Shown piece after piece: positions 14,846 through 28,026 of a stretch of 64,000 bases of DNA. Each line of letters opens with the position of its first letter. The stretch's first letter is position 1. Source of the DNA: Eledone cirrhosa (taxonomy: Eukaryota); assembly GCA_964016885.1 (NCBI GenBank), contig OZ024742.1, forward strand, positions 314,836,001 through 314,900,000, in the 5' to 3' direction. The notes under the pieces are model-generated. The model saw only the letters and a list, made by a program, of their open reading frames with translations, was not told the DNA's origin and ran no database searches. Both the position numbers and the translations under genes were made by a program.

Positions 14846-15142
14846 CCATCCAACAGGCTGCCAAATAGTTTTTATCAACACAATTTGACTCAGAATTCTT
14901 GAAACAGCTTGAGGCTCTGATAGATAATTATTGTCTCATAATCCATGCAGTAGGATCGAACATAGGACATTATCATCATGAAGTGAGTTACCTAATTATT
15001 CGGTCATGCTTCGTTCACCTAGTCATAATAGCCAGATTAGACACACAGAGCTTCAAGAATGCAATCAGTGGCGATAACATTATTTGCAATAAAATAGTTC
15101 TTACTGCATAAGTGGAAATGACACTTTTTTTATTTCTGACAG

Positions 15143-15250
15143 TATTCCAGCGCGTCTCCATTGCCGTTCTCCGTGGAAACGCCTTCTCCATTCTGTCCGC
15201 CGGGGCTGTGGGTGGGCCCCATCGCGTACCGTTGTAGTTGTTGTATACAG
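15143..15250 (+). mobile_element. CRE-clade non-LTR retrotransposon 3' fragment
   Basis: FQRVSIAVLRGNAFSILSAG, the C-terminal motif after the restriction-like endonuclease; matches 45780-45845. Confidence 0.75.
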
Positions 15251-16049
15251 ATATTAACTCATCAATCCCATTGTCCTAATAATATATATATATATATTGC
15301 CTGCGCTGAAACTTTAGATGTTGCACATATAGTAACGACTATGGCATGGTAAGGATAGAACATTGTTAATTAAAGTAACAATAATAAGATGTAAATATCT
15401 TGCGTTGAGGATTCAAGAGTTAAATAATTATGAAAACTGAGAAGAATTTCGACGGAAGAAGAAGAATAGAAAGGAGACGATCATTCTTAAGATTGCAGTA
15501 ACGAAGACGATCAACGAACTGAAAGTTGTAATATGATAAAAACGAAATTATATGACGGAAGTTAGTCAGAAAGATAATAGGAATGAGCAAAAGGAAAAGG
15601 CAGAGAGGCTGTAGCAATATTAACGGAAAGTGATACATTACAAAAAATATATTATGGATGTACATATGTAATACATTACCTAGGAATGTTCAATTTTCTG
15701 TATCTGTTAACCTCTTATACTCATTATACAGTGACAGACGACTTAGCGAAAATTACAGTGAGTAAATTTGAAATGGGATAAAGAATTAACACATAACTAA
15801 CAAGGTCATAAAGAAAATAATAAAAGCAACAATAAAAAGAGCCAGAGAACACAATGTCGACAGTATGAGCTTTATTTACAATACGTGCAAGTGTTACGTA
15901 CTAGCTTTATCAACAGTCCGTTTAAATTCCGTTTTGTATACGCAGAATGTTTTAGTCTTAGACTTATGTGTTACTTAAAGTATAAATTTGACGGAAGTAA
16001 TATATACGTCATTCACTATATAAAATATTTACTCCTGTTCATATAAAAG

Positions 16050-16254
16050 TTACATATGTGTGTTCCGGTAAATATACGATACAGTTCATTCACACCACAC
16101 AGACAAATCTGAAAGGATTATATATATATATAGCGTTCAAGCTGCACCTAATTCTCGTGTATATAAATATATATATATATATATATACTGGAAATGTGCA
16201 CCCACGTACACGAGGATGTATGTGATGAACAGAATTAGATGCAGCTTGAACGCT

Positions 16255-16322
<68 letters not shown>

Positions 16323-16388
16323 CTTCCGCATTTGTCTGTCAGTTGTCAACGAACTGTATGGTATATTTACCGGAACACACATATGTAA
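16050..16388. repeat. inverted repeat (~67 bp arms) around a (TA)n-containing spacer
   Basis: TTACATATGTGTGTTCCGGTAAATATAC.. versus ..GTATATTTACCGGAACACACATATGTAA; followed by an 18-bp unit x3. Confidence 0.8.
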
Positions 16389-16867
16389 GCCATAAATAAG
16401 CACATGCTATAAATAAGCACATGCCATAAATAAGCACATGCCAACTATGAATATTATTCTGTATTCTTTAGAGATGAAGAGAGGAGGAGTAAATAATAGA
16501 AGTGTTCCTTGAATGGAATAACGATAACATTTCGTACAAAATATGTAATACTTAAGACATTAAAATCAAAACGTATGATCACAAAGGTAGTATCAGGAAA
16601 ATATTTGTTAGTCATTAATATAACGCTATCCTTATTTAGTATGCGAAGCAATTTCGAACCTATATCGGCTGGACGTTTTCCATGGAAGTAGAAATACATC
16701 GAAAGCTGACGTAGTATTGGCAATAGCATGGCTAAGTAAACATCTAGAAATGTCTTAAACCAACACAATTGATGATAAAACTATTATGAGTCATTACACG
16801 AAATCAATAATGCCCAATGTATGTCTCTATTGCTCTTCTATTTTTTTATATTTTTTTATATATATAC

Positions 16868-17007
<140 letters not shown>

Positions 17008-17121
17008 ATATGAATATGTATATATATATTTTCATATAAAGAATGAGTTATATGGTTTGTTGATTATTATTCAACATAATTAGTTTTATAACAGATTTGT
17101 AGCACTCTACAATATTTATCT

Positions 17122-17308
17122 GGAATTGGCAGTATTGGTAGAGTGTCGGATGCCATGCTTTGGCGCATAGAGTTACGGCCCTTGCCATTCTGAGTTCAAA
17201 TCCCGCCGAGGTTAACTTTGCCTTTCATCCTTACGGGGTCGATAAAATAAAGTACCAGTAATACACTGGGTAATTGCTGGCCTTGTGCCTAACGTAGAAA
17301 CAATTATT
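17122..17308 (+). mobile_element. tRNA-derived SINE
   Basis: A box TGGCAGTATTGG, B box GAGTTCAAATCCC, conserved body, ATT tail. Confidence 0.92.
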
Positions 17309-17356
17309 AATATTAACAATATTAATAAATGGAAATTATCTTTATAATACCATATT

Positions 17357-17416
17357 TATTTTATTATACGTATTTCAAGGACACAAGATTTTAGTGTGCT
17401 TTCATCAGATAAAATA
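17357..17416 (-). ncRNA. type I hammerhead ribozyme, intact core
   Basis: TATTTTAT-CTGATGA-AAGCACAC..GTGTCCTT-GAAA-TACGTA-TA^ATAAAATA; 8-bp stem I, palindromic stem III. Confidence 0.88.
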
Positions 17417-17596
17417 TAATATTTCGTGTTAAGATATTGACACACATTAGCGCAAACTTACTAGTATAAGACCGCTATATATATATTGTTATATTTAGGG
17501 AGGGTCATATTGTTATAATATTGCCAGAAATAAAAATAAAACACACTCACTGCTTGGTTTGGATTATATATATTATAGGATATAAGTATATGTGTG

Positions 17597-17630
<34 letters not shown>

Positions 17631-17799
17631 GAAAAGAGTCAGGACCCCGACGGCTGAGCTCCGGCCGTTTCGACAGCTAGATCCGAACTAACCCAACAGT
17701 AAGAGATGTCAACATGAATGGACCTGTTATTTTTGTCGAAAGACATTTTTTCCAATTCCATCCCGCCCGTCCCATCAATCTATTTTATTTCTCATTCTT

Positions 17800-17835
17800 T
17801 CTTCTGATGAAGGACTAGCGTCCGAAACGTTTAGA
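17800..17835 (+). ncRNA. minimal HHR with weak stem I
   Basis: TCTT-CTGATGA-A GGAC TAGC GTCC-GAAA-CG-TT^TAGA. Confidence 0.65.
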
Positions 17836-17919
17836 CCCTCTTCCTGCTATATCAAGCGTTAACTTAACATATACCTTCCATATACTGTACGATTGTGTTG
17901 TTATTTCTGTTTACCTTTT

Positions 17920-18023
<104 letters not shown>

Positions 18024-18147
18024 ATTATGTAATAAACAACATAAGGCAATTATTCCATTTACCAGTGGTTTCTTAAAAGCAAAAGGTTTTGCTTTCAATC
18101 CTCAGAATGAAAAATCCTGGTTTGTTTTATTTATATATATATATATT

Positions 18148-18349
<202 letters not shown>

Positions 18350-18462
18350 CGAAAGAATTGGGGTAAGGAACCAGATGGACCATAACGTACCAGAGTACTC
18401 ATTAATAGCCGTCGAAACGGCTTGAGCTCTGCCGTCGAGGTCATTCTTTTTCCCTTTATTAT

Positions 18463-18534
<72 letters not shown>

Positions 18535-19236
18535 ATAATAAAGGGACCAATGAGGATTCGTTATTCTTACATGTGTTTATTCTTACAAGTGGAAATATGG
18601 AAATATAAAATAGGAAAGTGGCAAAACTTTTATTTGCGCAGTAGTTCAGTATATATGAATCAATCTGTAAACTAAAATGTCAACATTACATTGATTATGA
18701 TAATTGATAATGTTGTGATGCTCGAATGTTTTCTCCTGGTGATCTTTTACTCCTATACTTTTATACTTGAATATAAACGAGTAATCTGAAATTTGCTGTT
18801 AAGGTAAATTAATCGATTTAAGACACAGAATTTAGTATATAGATTTATTCGGCTACAGTAAAACAGTTTAAGGAAAAGTTTTGCAATTGTTTTATTTCAT
18901 ATTTCATTTGGTTTGAATACATATAAGGATAGTTATGTCTTATATATGTTCATCATGCTTGTGTATTTATTACTTAATGTCTCTCTTCACTTACACATAG
19001 GATTGATTTATACAAAGTTTAAATCTGGATTACATAAATATTACAAATTGGATAATACTCATTGTTGATCATCACAATTATACACCAGCACCGCTATATA
19101 TATATATCTGTGTGTATGTGTGTGTGCGTGTATTATTTGAATAAAATGACAGGAGGCGGGACTAACTATATGCAAGTACTAGTTCTATCCAGTGGTGAAC
19201 CACCAGACTTCAATATATATAAATATATATATATAT

Positions 19237-19422
19237 AGGAAAAGAGTCAGGACCCCGAGGGCTGAGCTCCGCCGTTTCGACAGCTATTTCAGAAATAGCT
19301 GTCGAAACGGACGGAGCTCAGCCGTCAGGGTCCTGACTCTTTTCCTATTACCCACTCTACTACCCATAGTTTCGAGTACTCTGGTGCAGTGGTCCACCTA
19401 GTTCCTTACCACACTTCCTTCG

Positions 19423-19425
<3 letters not shown>
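19237..19425. mobile_element. PLE pseudo-LTR foldback with one-sided tail, in (TA)n
   Basis: ~55-bp arms centred on 19291, each an HHR 3' half; right arm extends ~80 bp further. Confidence 0.88.
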
Positions 19426-19466
<41 letters not shown>

Positions 19467-19469
<3 letters not shown>

Positions 19470-21160
19470 AAAAAGTTCAGGACCCCGACGGCAGAGCTCA
19501 AGCCGTTTCGACGGCTATTACTGGATTAAATTAGATTTTTAGCGTGGTATTAAATAGCCTAACTTTTCAAGGGTTAATTCCATATATGGTCATACGATAA
19601 TCATGCAATTCTGAAGGTTTTAGTTGTCAAAAGGGTTGGTTAAAATGTCTTGTAAACACAGTTAAATCTTTCATGGTGTTAGGTAGGGGGTGGGGTGGCT
19701 GAACTTGCTTGTAGATCAATGAGGGAGAGTGTGTGAATCCGGTCAGGCATTGAAAGTAAATTCAATACAGCAAATTCTAAGGAGTGTGAATAAATTAGGT
19801 TAGCTAGAAAGCTGGCGAAAAAAGAATTCTACAGGAAACTGAGAATGGGAAATTATAAAAATAAAAAATTTTTAAATAAAAAAATTAAAAATTAAAACAT
19901 TAAAACATAAAAAAAAAACCTCTAGTCTAAAACGGCTGCTATATTGTTTAGCGGGTATTGCGTTTTCGACCAATGCTATATAGAATTTACGGGGGTGGGG
20001 GTACTGAGGCTCTAAAAGCCCAATGGTCTGTCTCCGGGTAAGCGAAAGAGGAACAAGGAAAAGGAAGAGGGGAGAGAGTGGCAGGAAGTGAGAAGAAGAG
20101 ATAAAGGGAAAAAAAGAAAAGTAGTACATCTACCTATGTATGCTGAGGTTTCCCATATCTTGTTCGGCAAGTGGGGAAAAGAAGGATGTTACAGCCATTG
20201 TCTACCCACCCGGGTCATGAGGGGTTTGAGGGCAAAGTAACTCCTACGCAATCGGTGTTTACATGCGGTTACAAGTTCGTCTTTTTTTATTAGAAGTTGG
20301 TCCTTCGTAAACAGCATTTGTATTGTTTCCTCCAAGCATAAGTTACACGGACGGCATCCTCCTGTGTAGGAGTTAGCCCTGGAAATTAAGCTCCAAGTAA
20401 GTTGGTATGGGATGTTATTATCTTGGAGGTCCCAGATGTGGCCTGACAGTTTAGTGGCATGTCGCCGGGCAGGGTTTCTGAACGTATGTCGGTGTCGGTA
20501 GAGCCGGGTCTTAAAGTCACAGGTGGTTAATCCTATATAGGCTTTGCTGGAGTTTTCCGTCTTCACGTTGCATTGGTAGATCGCGTTACTTTCTCGGCAT
20601 CTGTTGTTGAGTGGGCACGTAGATCTATCAGGGCAGTTACACCTCCTGGTCGTCTCTCCACTAATGTCTAGGTTATTTCTTCTGTAGGAGTTGAGTTTCT
20701 TGTTGTTTGAGGAGGCTATGTTTTGTGCGAAGTTGGGTGTGGTGCTGTAGGAGAGTTTGATAGTGTTTTTGTTGATTATGTTGTGGTAGCGAGTTGTGAC
20801 GGGAAGTGTTTTCGAGGAGTCTAAAGAAGATTTTACCGGTTGGTGTTGCAACCTCGGCATTGTGGAGAGGGTTGAACCACGTTCCGTGGCGTGAGCGGCG
20901 GCGTTGCCTGCGGGTTTCGATAAGGGAGCCTGGGTAAAAGGAGATTTCCTCCCGAAAGCCGGTTCGCTTGAGGGCTTGGTTATAATAAGGCGCATGTTCA
21001 TCGATAATCTGCTCATTAGCGGACAAACGAGATATGCGGAGGGAAATGTTTTTAACCAGGTTATTGGTGATGTTTCTAGGATAGTTAGAGCGGCGGTGGA
21101 TATAGTGTAGGTTGTCGTTTGGTTTCCTGTATGGGTGGTACAGATCCTTTTCGAGGTTGA
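19467..21160 (-). mobile_element. 5'-truncated Neptune-type Penelope-like element (RT thumb, linker, GIY-YIG endonuclease, pseudo-LTR)
   Basis: YHPYRKPND..YIH..SN, WFNP, IKLSYS, CNC..CPL..C, AIY..YIG..FKTRL, CNLCLEE; frameshift near 20800. Confidence 0.92.
19482..19575 (-). ncRNA. HHR, U3-A8 core variant with long stem II
   Basis: CCC-TTGAAAA-G..GGCTATT..AATAGCC..C-GAAA-CGGC TTGAGCTCT GCCG-TC^GGG. Confidence 0.75.
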
Positions 21161-21518
21161 TGTGTGTGCGTGTGTGTCATTATGTGTATGTGTGCGCGAG
21201 CCTGTCTTTGTGTGTTCTGTGTGTGTGTCTTTGTGTGTATGTGTGTTCGAGCGTGTTTAATATATAACACACCCGATCCGTTTCATACTGTGTTCTATTT
21301 TCTTTTTCTTTATTCCTAATTTAATGTTTAGAGAAAATGGGTACATAAACACTTTTAGTTTGAACTCGAAAGTAATACATTGGACTGATTGTCAATAATA
21401 TTTCTGAATGTTTACGTCACTCATGTACATAATATTCTCATTATTGCAATAGCAGCGGTAGAAACATCTGCGCAGTGAAGTAAGTGACTGTATTAATTTC
21501 CAACCCAGATACTCTTAC

Positions 21519-21582
21519 CCACTTCAGGTAAAACATGGAGAGGGCTGATATGTCTGTTTGTGTATGTAAAAAAAGGGAATGT
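21519..21582 (-). CDS. putative 64-nt internal exon ([21 protein letters not shown])
   Basis: cctatttacAG acceptor, GG|GTAAGA donor; phase 2 to 0 fits both neighbours. Confidence 0.6.
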
Positions 21583-21619
21583 CTGTAAATAGGTATACAC
21601 ACGCGCAAAACACACACAT

Positions 21620-21696
<77 letters not shown>

Positions 21697-21742
21697 TGTA
21701 TATATATATATATATATTTATATATGTGTGGGTGTGGGTGTG

Positions 21743-21787
<45 letters not shown>

Positions 21788-21789
<2 letters not shown>

Positions 21790-22040
21790 TCTTCGCCTAC
21801 TTATTCATGGGATGGGGGGGGGGAGTTGTGGTGAGAGACATCAAGCACTCCTTCCAGATGGTCCTGCCAGAGGTAACTGTCTCCAATTGGTCCGACTGGA
21901 TCCGCAAGTGTGACAAATGGACCTCATGGATGTTATCCAACCATCTTACTCGAGGTTTGCCGCTGAGTCCCTAGGCAGTTGATTTTGGTTGGAAACCGTC
22001 CAGCGACTCTTTCCTGGGACATGCTAAGCACATGCTCTTA
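21788..22040 (-). mobile_element. RTE-like LINE 3' end
   Basis: Minus translation [27 protein letters not shown]; short GAA tail. Confidence 0.65.
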
Positions 22041-22246
22041 ATAGTGGAACTGTATATTTGTATGTACATATTTTGTTGCAAATATATAAACATGCATGCA
22101 AATATACGTGTACGTGTGCGTGCACACGTATGGAAGTATGTACAGTGTGTCATAAAATGGGCCCCATGTATAGTTACTCCATGATTCCACTCTGCTGCAC
22201 ATCTTACAGGACAATAATAGCATATATATATGTGTGTGTGTGTGTG

Positions 22247-22296
<50 letters not shown>

Positions 22297-22723
22297 GTGT
22301 GTGTGTGTGCGTGCGTGTGTGTGTGCGCGTGTGTGTGTGTGTGTGTGCGTGTGTGGGGGGCGTGTGTGTGCGCGCGTGTGTGGGGGGGTGTATATGTGTG
22401 TGTGTGTGTGCGTGTGTGTGTGTGCGTGCGTGTGTGTGTGTGTGTGTGTGCGTGTGTGTGTGTGTTTTAGTAAATGCGCGCATGTATATGTACAGGGAGA
22501 GAGAAGGAATGACGGAAGAAGAGAAAACGAGATAAATACATATATTAGGTAGGAGGATAGATTGACGGGAAATGTGTATGTTCTGATGAACACACACGCA
22601 GCACACACGTGTATATGTCTGAGTATCTGTATATACATGATTACATATACAAAACCATATATATATATAAATGCATATATCCATATAGGCATACATACTT
22701 ACAGACATAGGTATATACATAGT

Positions 22724-23340
22724 TACATACATGGTGGCTGCCAACTCGTTTTCGAGTACGGCCACTACTTTATATCCATGTAGGAGAACCTCTACCGATG
22801 CGCTGAACGAGTGTGACTTTTTAGTCCAGCCAGCGACTTGAAAACTCTGGTACAAACACTACACTTGTGACAATTATTGACACACAGTGCTGGGCCCATG
22901 GCACCATGTGACGACAAGTGCAGAGAGATCTCCAGATATAAAGCAATGCCTGTGCCGTGAAGCTTGTATAGTGAGCAAAGGCACTGCACAAAGCCAGTCC
23001 CACTCTCTTAACCAAGATGATATTTACCAAAAAGAAGAACATGTCATCATCATTGGATACCATCAGGGCTGCAGGTGTTATATCAGAGTTTTCCTTCTCC
23101 TAGAATTCTGCCTTGACAAAGGCTAAGGGGTCATCTCTCCCGGTGATTTTGGATGGCCATTGACTCTTAAGAGCTCCTTTGCCCTTTGACAGGTTTTGTT
23201 TTTAGTCCTGCAGGATGTCCAAAGTCACCCTCCTCACCAAGAAACCTTGGTGGGGTTGCCAGTTTAGTCGCCAACGGCCCGACCATGGGACAGGTTGTAC
23301 TGGGATACATGTTACCAGTAGCACCAACTGGTGACCTGAC
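22724..23340 (-). mobile_element. bipartite non-autonomous RTE derivative, copy A
   Basis: RTE 5' UTR fused to last C2H2 finger, 3' UTR and (ATGT)n; near-identical to 28025-28644; abuts (ATAC)n at 23341-23460. Confidence 0.9.
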
Positions 23341-25226
23341 ATACATACATACATACATACATACATGCATACATACATACATACGTACATACATACATAC
23401 ATACATACATACATACATACATACATACATACATACATACATACATACATACATACATACACATATGTATGTGTGTATAGCTGTGCGTGTGACTGAGTAT
23501 ATGCATACATAGATTTATTCTTATATATCGACATATAATTATTACATACATACACCAAAACTGCTGTTTTTTCTACATTTACAGATAAACCTCTAAGGAT
23601 ATACTGTTAACGGATGTCGCCAGAACCAAAACAAAACCGCTTTATGTCAAAGTATATGACACTTGAATGAATGAGTGTCTCTGTGAAGATACATGCGTAT
23701 CTTGTAAATAGATTCGTATAAATAGTCCTTAGTGTACGAAGATTAAATATTTCTTTGAATGTAAAATAGATTTTTTTAAAATAATTTGTCTTAGTTTTGT
23801 TTTTGCGAAATAAAATTAATGAATTTACAGCGATGTGATTTGAAGTAAGACCTTTAGTATTTTAATGTAAAGTATAATTCTATGCGTGTGTGTGTTTATG
23901 AGCGTTTGTATTTGTGTATTATCTATCCGTATGGTGTGAAAGCTGATATATACGAATGGAATTATCCTGTAGTATTAATGCCTGTCTATAAAATTTTTAT
24001 ATTATCTCCAGCCTAGGCATTTCAAGCTATGAATATGACTGGGGTCCATATAATTGACTATATCGGTTGTTAAAGTGAGATTAGATATTATTTTATCCTA
24101 AATATAATTTTATCCTAAACTGAATATAATGTTCTATACCTAAGTGAGGAAAATGATAGTTGCTGTCTTTACACCATGGAATCCAATCATATCCCTTTTT
24201 CTAAAATATCATTTAGAAAATATTCACAACTATATTCACAGAAAATATGAGATTTATCAATCTTTCGAACCGACCGATTGAAGATAGTACAAGAAATGTA
24301 AAAGGATATAATGCAATGGAGAAGAAACATCGACAGAACGATGTACAAAATATATAGTAGCATTAGGTTTACTGCCGGCTACGCTCAAATATCGCTGTTC
24401 GCAATGTGACCTTTCACTCTTCCAACGTTTATAAACTACCAGTATACAATTACATGCTACGATCTGTCTGTATCACATAAAGAGCGCCTCTTCTTGTGTG
24501 TGCGTGTGTATTTCTATGGGTACGCAAATGTACGTATATAAGTTTGATCGAGGACACAAGTGTACGTGTGCAAATGCACATACTACGAGATTAGTCTCTG
24601 CCACTCCCTGCGCTGGTAAACTCACGTGTGCGCACACAATCTCACACATAGAGAACAATACATAAATTATAGCCCTACAGTCACTATCAGGATCTGACGT
24701 ACATCAAGAAATGTATAGCCTTGAATCTTTGTACCAATGAAATACGTACATACACACACACATTTATTCTTAGCTCTCTAATACTTAACTTCCGTCTACT
24801 AACTTTCCTATACATGATCTTCGTTCTAAAATTCTTGTTTTCCAGCATAGCTGACTTACTACACACATACTTTCCAACTGTCTAAGGTTTTCTCGTTTTT
24901 ATTTCTCCTTGTCCACCGCAAATATGCTTTATTCTCTCTCATTCTATATTCCGAAGAAGTTAGTTTTAACATATTTAATACAGAGGACATTAAAAACCTT
25001 TATTATGTGATCAGACATATACAATATTAATCAATATCTTATATAATATCAATTATTTCGGCAAGCGAAGAAACACCTCTGGGCTTATTTCACTCTATAT
25101 GCTTCGCAGTTGAAGTCATAAGTATGCATACAAGTATGTTAATTTCGTATAACTAATGATATACGGTGTGTTTAATAGATAAAGATTTAGAAACCCTAGT
25201 TATAAATATTGAAAGGCTGACAGCAA

Positions 25227-25240
25227 GCGCCATCTAGCGG
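25227..25240 (-). promoter_or_regulatory. candidate CTCF site
   Basis: CCGCTAGATGGCGC fits the CTCF core consensus, in a GC-richer non-repetitive patch. Confidence 0.5.
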
Positions 25241-26280
25241 ACTCCGTCAAAAGCAGTGGGGACAACTGACTATGTACATTTCAGGCTCTGGCCAACATCA
25301 GGACAGTGCTTCTCCTGCTCTCTGCTGGAACTTGAAACAGGCGAAAATCTATTTTACAATATAATATACACTTTGTGTGGTTGGAAAATGAATTAACTTA
25401 AGCAGACCTGTGATAGTGTACAGAACTCCGGGGTAGAATCAATATTGTAAACTGTGTTTTGTTGAGTCAGTCTAGGTAGAAGCAAATGCTATGGGGATGA
25501 ATTTCTAAAGATTAGAAATATCTTTGTAATGAATGGCTTTTACTTCGACATTTCTATTACGCTAATAAATACTTAGAAAAAGATGGGCTTTCCAAAATAA
25601 TTCCGTTGCATCATCGTTAAAAATAAGAAATAAAGTGGTTTCTCTAAGATAAAATATTAAATGAAAATTGCAAGTTAATTAGTGATACCTTTTGTAAAAC
25701 CTTTCTTGATAGATAATACAGTAACAAAGGACAAAACATATGGAGTACGACCTGGTCATACCATACGGCTCTCTACTAGCTGTGCCTTCTTTAACATATG
25801 TTAAAAAAACTACTTGAAACATTGATGACAATGACAGGGAGAGTACGATTTTCAAAATCGATGAAATGCGTCACAACAGTAAAATGTAACAATTATAAAT
25901 GCTTACAGAAAATATGATGTGACATGTACGTATTATATATTAAAGAATTGTGAGAATCCAGACAGGGTTATATATACTTATTACATTCAATGGCATGGAA
26001 TGTCTAATACTATATACACCATAGGAGAAAACAAGAATTTCCAGCATCTGAAGAGAGAAACTATGGAAAAGTTCCCAGTCCTTATTCGCTTACTAATTGA
26101 AACTCGTCACATCACGAAACATGTATAATAGCTAAATAAATGTATACACAACTTCATATGGCCTTCGCTATATTTATTGTTCTGTATACTCCGAACTTGA
26201 ATTAGTACATGTCGTTGAGTGCTTTAATATATTAGCACCACCATTAACTGATTGGAGTATATGTATGTATGAATGTATGT

Positions 26281-28026
26281 GATATCCCTCGCCGTTTCTC
26301 CCTTTTACGAACTACACATCTTGCTCTTGTTCTCACCAGACGATGGTCGGTCCAACACTCTGCCCCACGCATCCCACGAACACTGCACAGATCCTGTACA
26401 TCCCGCCACCTCACAAGGACAATATCAATCAGGTGCAACTGTTTCGATCCAAGATGCATCCATGTTGTCTTGTATTTGTCCTTCTGTGGGAACATAGTGC
26501 CGCCAATGAACAAGGCCAGCTCAGTGCACATTTGCAATAACGAGTCCATTGCCATTGCACTTTCCGACCCCATGCTTGCCCAGAGCTCTCCAGGTCTCAC
26601 AATCACGGCCCACGCGAGCATTAAAATCTCCAAGAATGAAAATGCTGTCTGCTGCAGGCACTTTCCAGGCAAGAGACTTTAATTCGTCATAAAAAGCCTG
26701 CTTTCCTTCATCAATGCATTCCAAAGTTGGTGCATAAGCACCAATCACGGTTGCATATCTTCCACCCTCTAGAGGAACTCTCACAGTGATCAGTCTGTCA
26801 CTAACGCCTGTCGGCAGCTCCTGAAGATGGTCTGTTATAACTGTTTTTATGGCAAAAGCGACACCAGCTTCCCTCCTCCCCTCCTTCCTTCCCCTCCAGA
26901 AAAACGTATATCCACAGGATTTCTCTGTGAAATGGCCCTCACCATGAAGTCCAGTTTCTGAGAGGGCCAGAACATCCATATCATAACGCCTGAGCTCCTT
27001 GGCAACCAATACCGATCTCCTTTCAGGTCGCTGTACATTTGTTTCAATATCAAGCAAAGTACGCACATTCCAGCACCCAAAATTGAATGGTTTGCACACA
27101 GTAGACTGATGACGACCAGGCCCAGACTGCGGCGCCCTGGGACAACTGCCGGGCCAGACCCTTTCACATGATGCTGATCCAGAGCCCTTATTGTCATTTA
27201 CTTCAATTGTGTTAGGTACCTTCATTGTAATGTAGTTTGCCTTTTTAGGCTTCGGCCAGCCAGAGTTCAACATCAATGTGACAAGTGCAGAGAGATCTCC
27301 AGATACAAAGCAATACCTGCGCCGTGAAGCCTTTATAGTGAGCAAAGGCACTGCACAAAGCCAGTCCCACTCTCTTAACCAAGATGATATTTACCAAAAA
27401 GAAGAACAAGTCAACATCATTGGATACCATCAGAGTTGCAGGTGTTATATCAGAGTTTTCCTTCTCCTAGAATTCTGCCTTGACAAAGGCTAAGGGGTCA
27501 TCTTGTGAGCACTGGGAAGCATGCGCTAGCGACCGATCGCTTTGGAGGAAAGCAGTGGCTAGTGGCAAGAGTCTATTTGAGGAAACAAGAAGAAAGCACG
27601 CGACACTAAAACGAGATGTCCGGAAAGGAATCCATGTTGGCCTTTGCGAAGGCACTGACAGACGGCCTGACCTTACATGTGAGACTTGTAATAGGGCATG
27701 TCTAAAGAGTCACCTGAGAGCGCACAAGAACAGGGAAGCAGGCACCTGTGGAGCTATAAGTGTTCATCAGACGACGTCATGTAATGTTTCTGGAAGGGTA
27801 TGCAGGTCGAGTAGTGATCTCACACGACACCTTGGTTCACATGGTACCATGGCCCAGCACTAGGTGTCAATCATTTTCACAAGTGTCGTGTTTGTACCAG
27901 AGTTTTCAAGTCGCTGGCTGGACTAAAAAGCGACACTCGTTCAGCGTATCGGTAGGGGTTCTCCTACATGGATATAAAGTAGTGGCCGTACTCAAAAACG
28001 AGTTGGCAGGCATCATGTATGTATGT
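26281..28026. mobile_element. RTE family A, 5'-inverted insertion: minus 5'UTR+APE endonuclease (26281-27503), plus C-terminus and 3' UTR (27500-28026)
   Basis: WNVRTL, SET, YAPT, GDFNAR, TDHRLV motifs; DRSLWR and C2H2 remnants; (ATGT)n at both outer ends. Confidence 0.88.

Noticed and set aside
16650-16735. Candidate exon on either strand
   Set aside because: Weak splice sites and no phase fit with the exon chain.
21971-22855. 294-aa minus ORF
   Set aside because: Chimera of RTE 3' UTR and (CA)n repeat.
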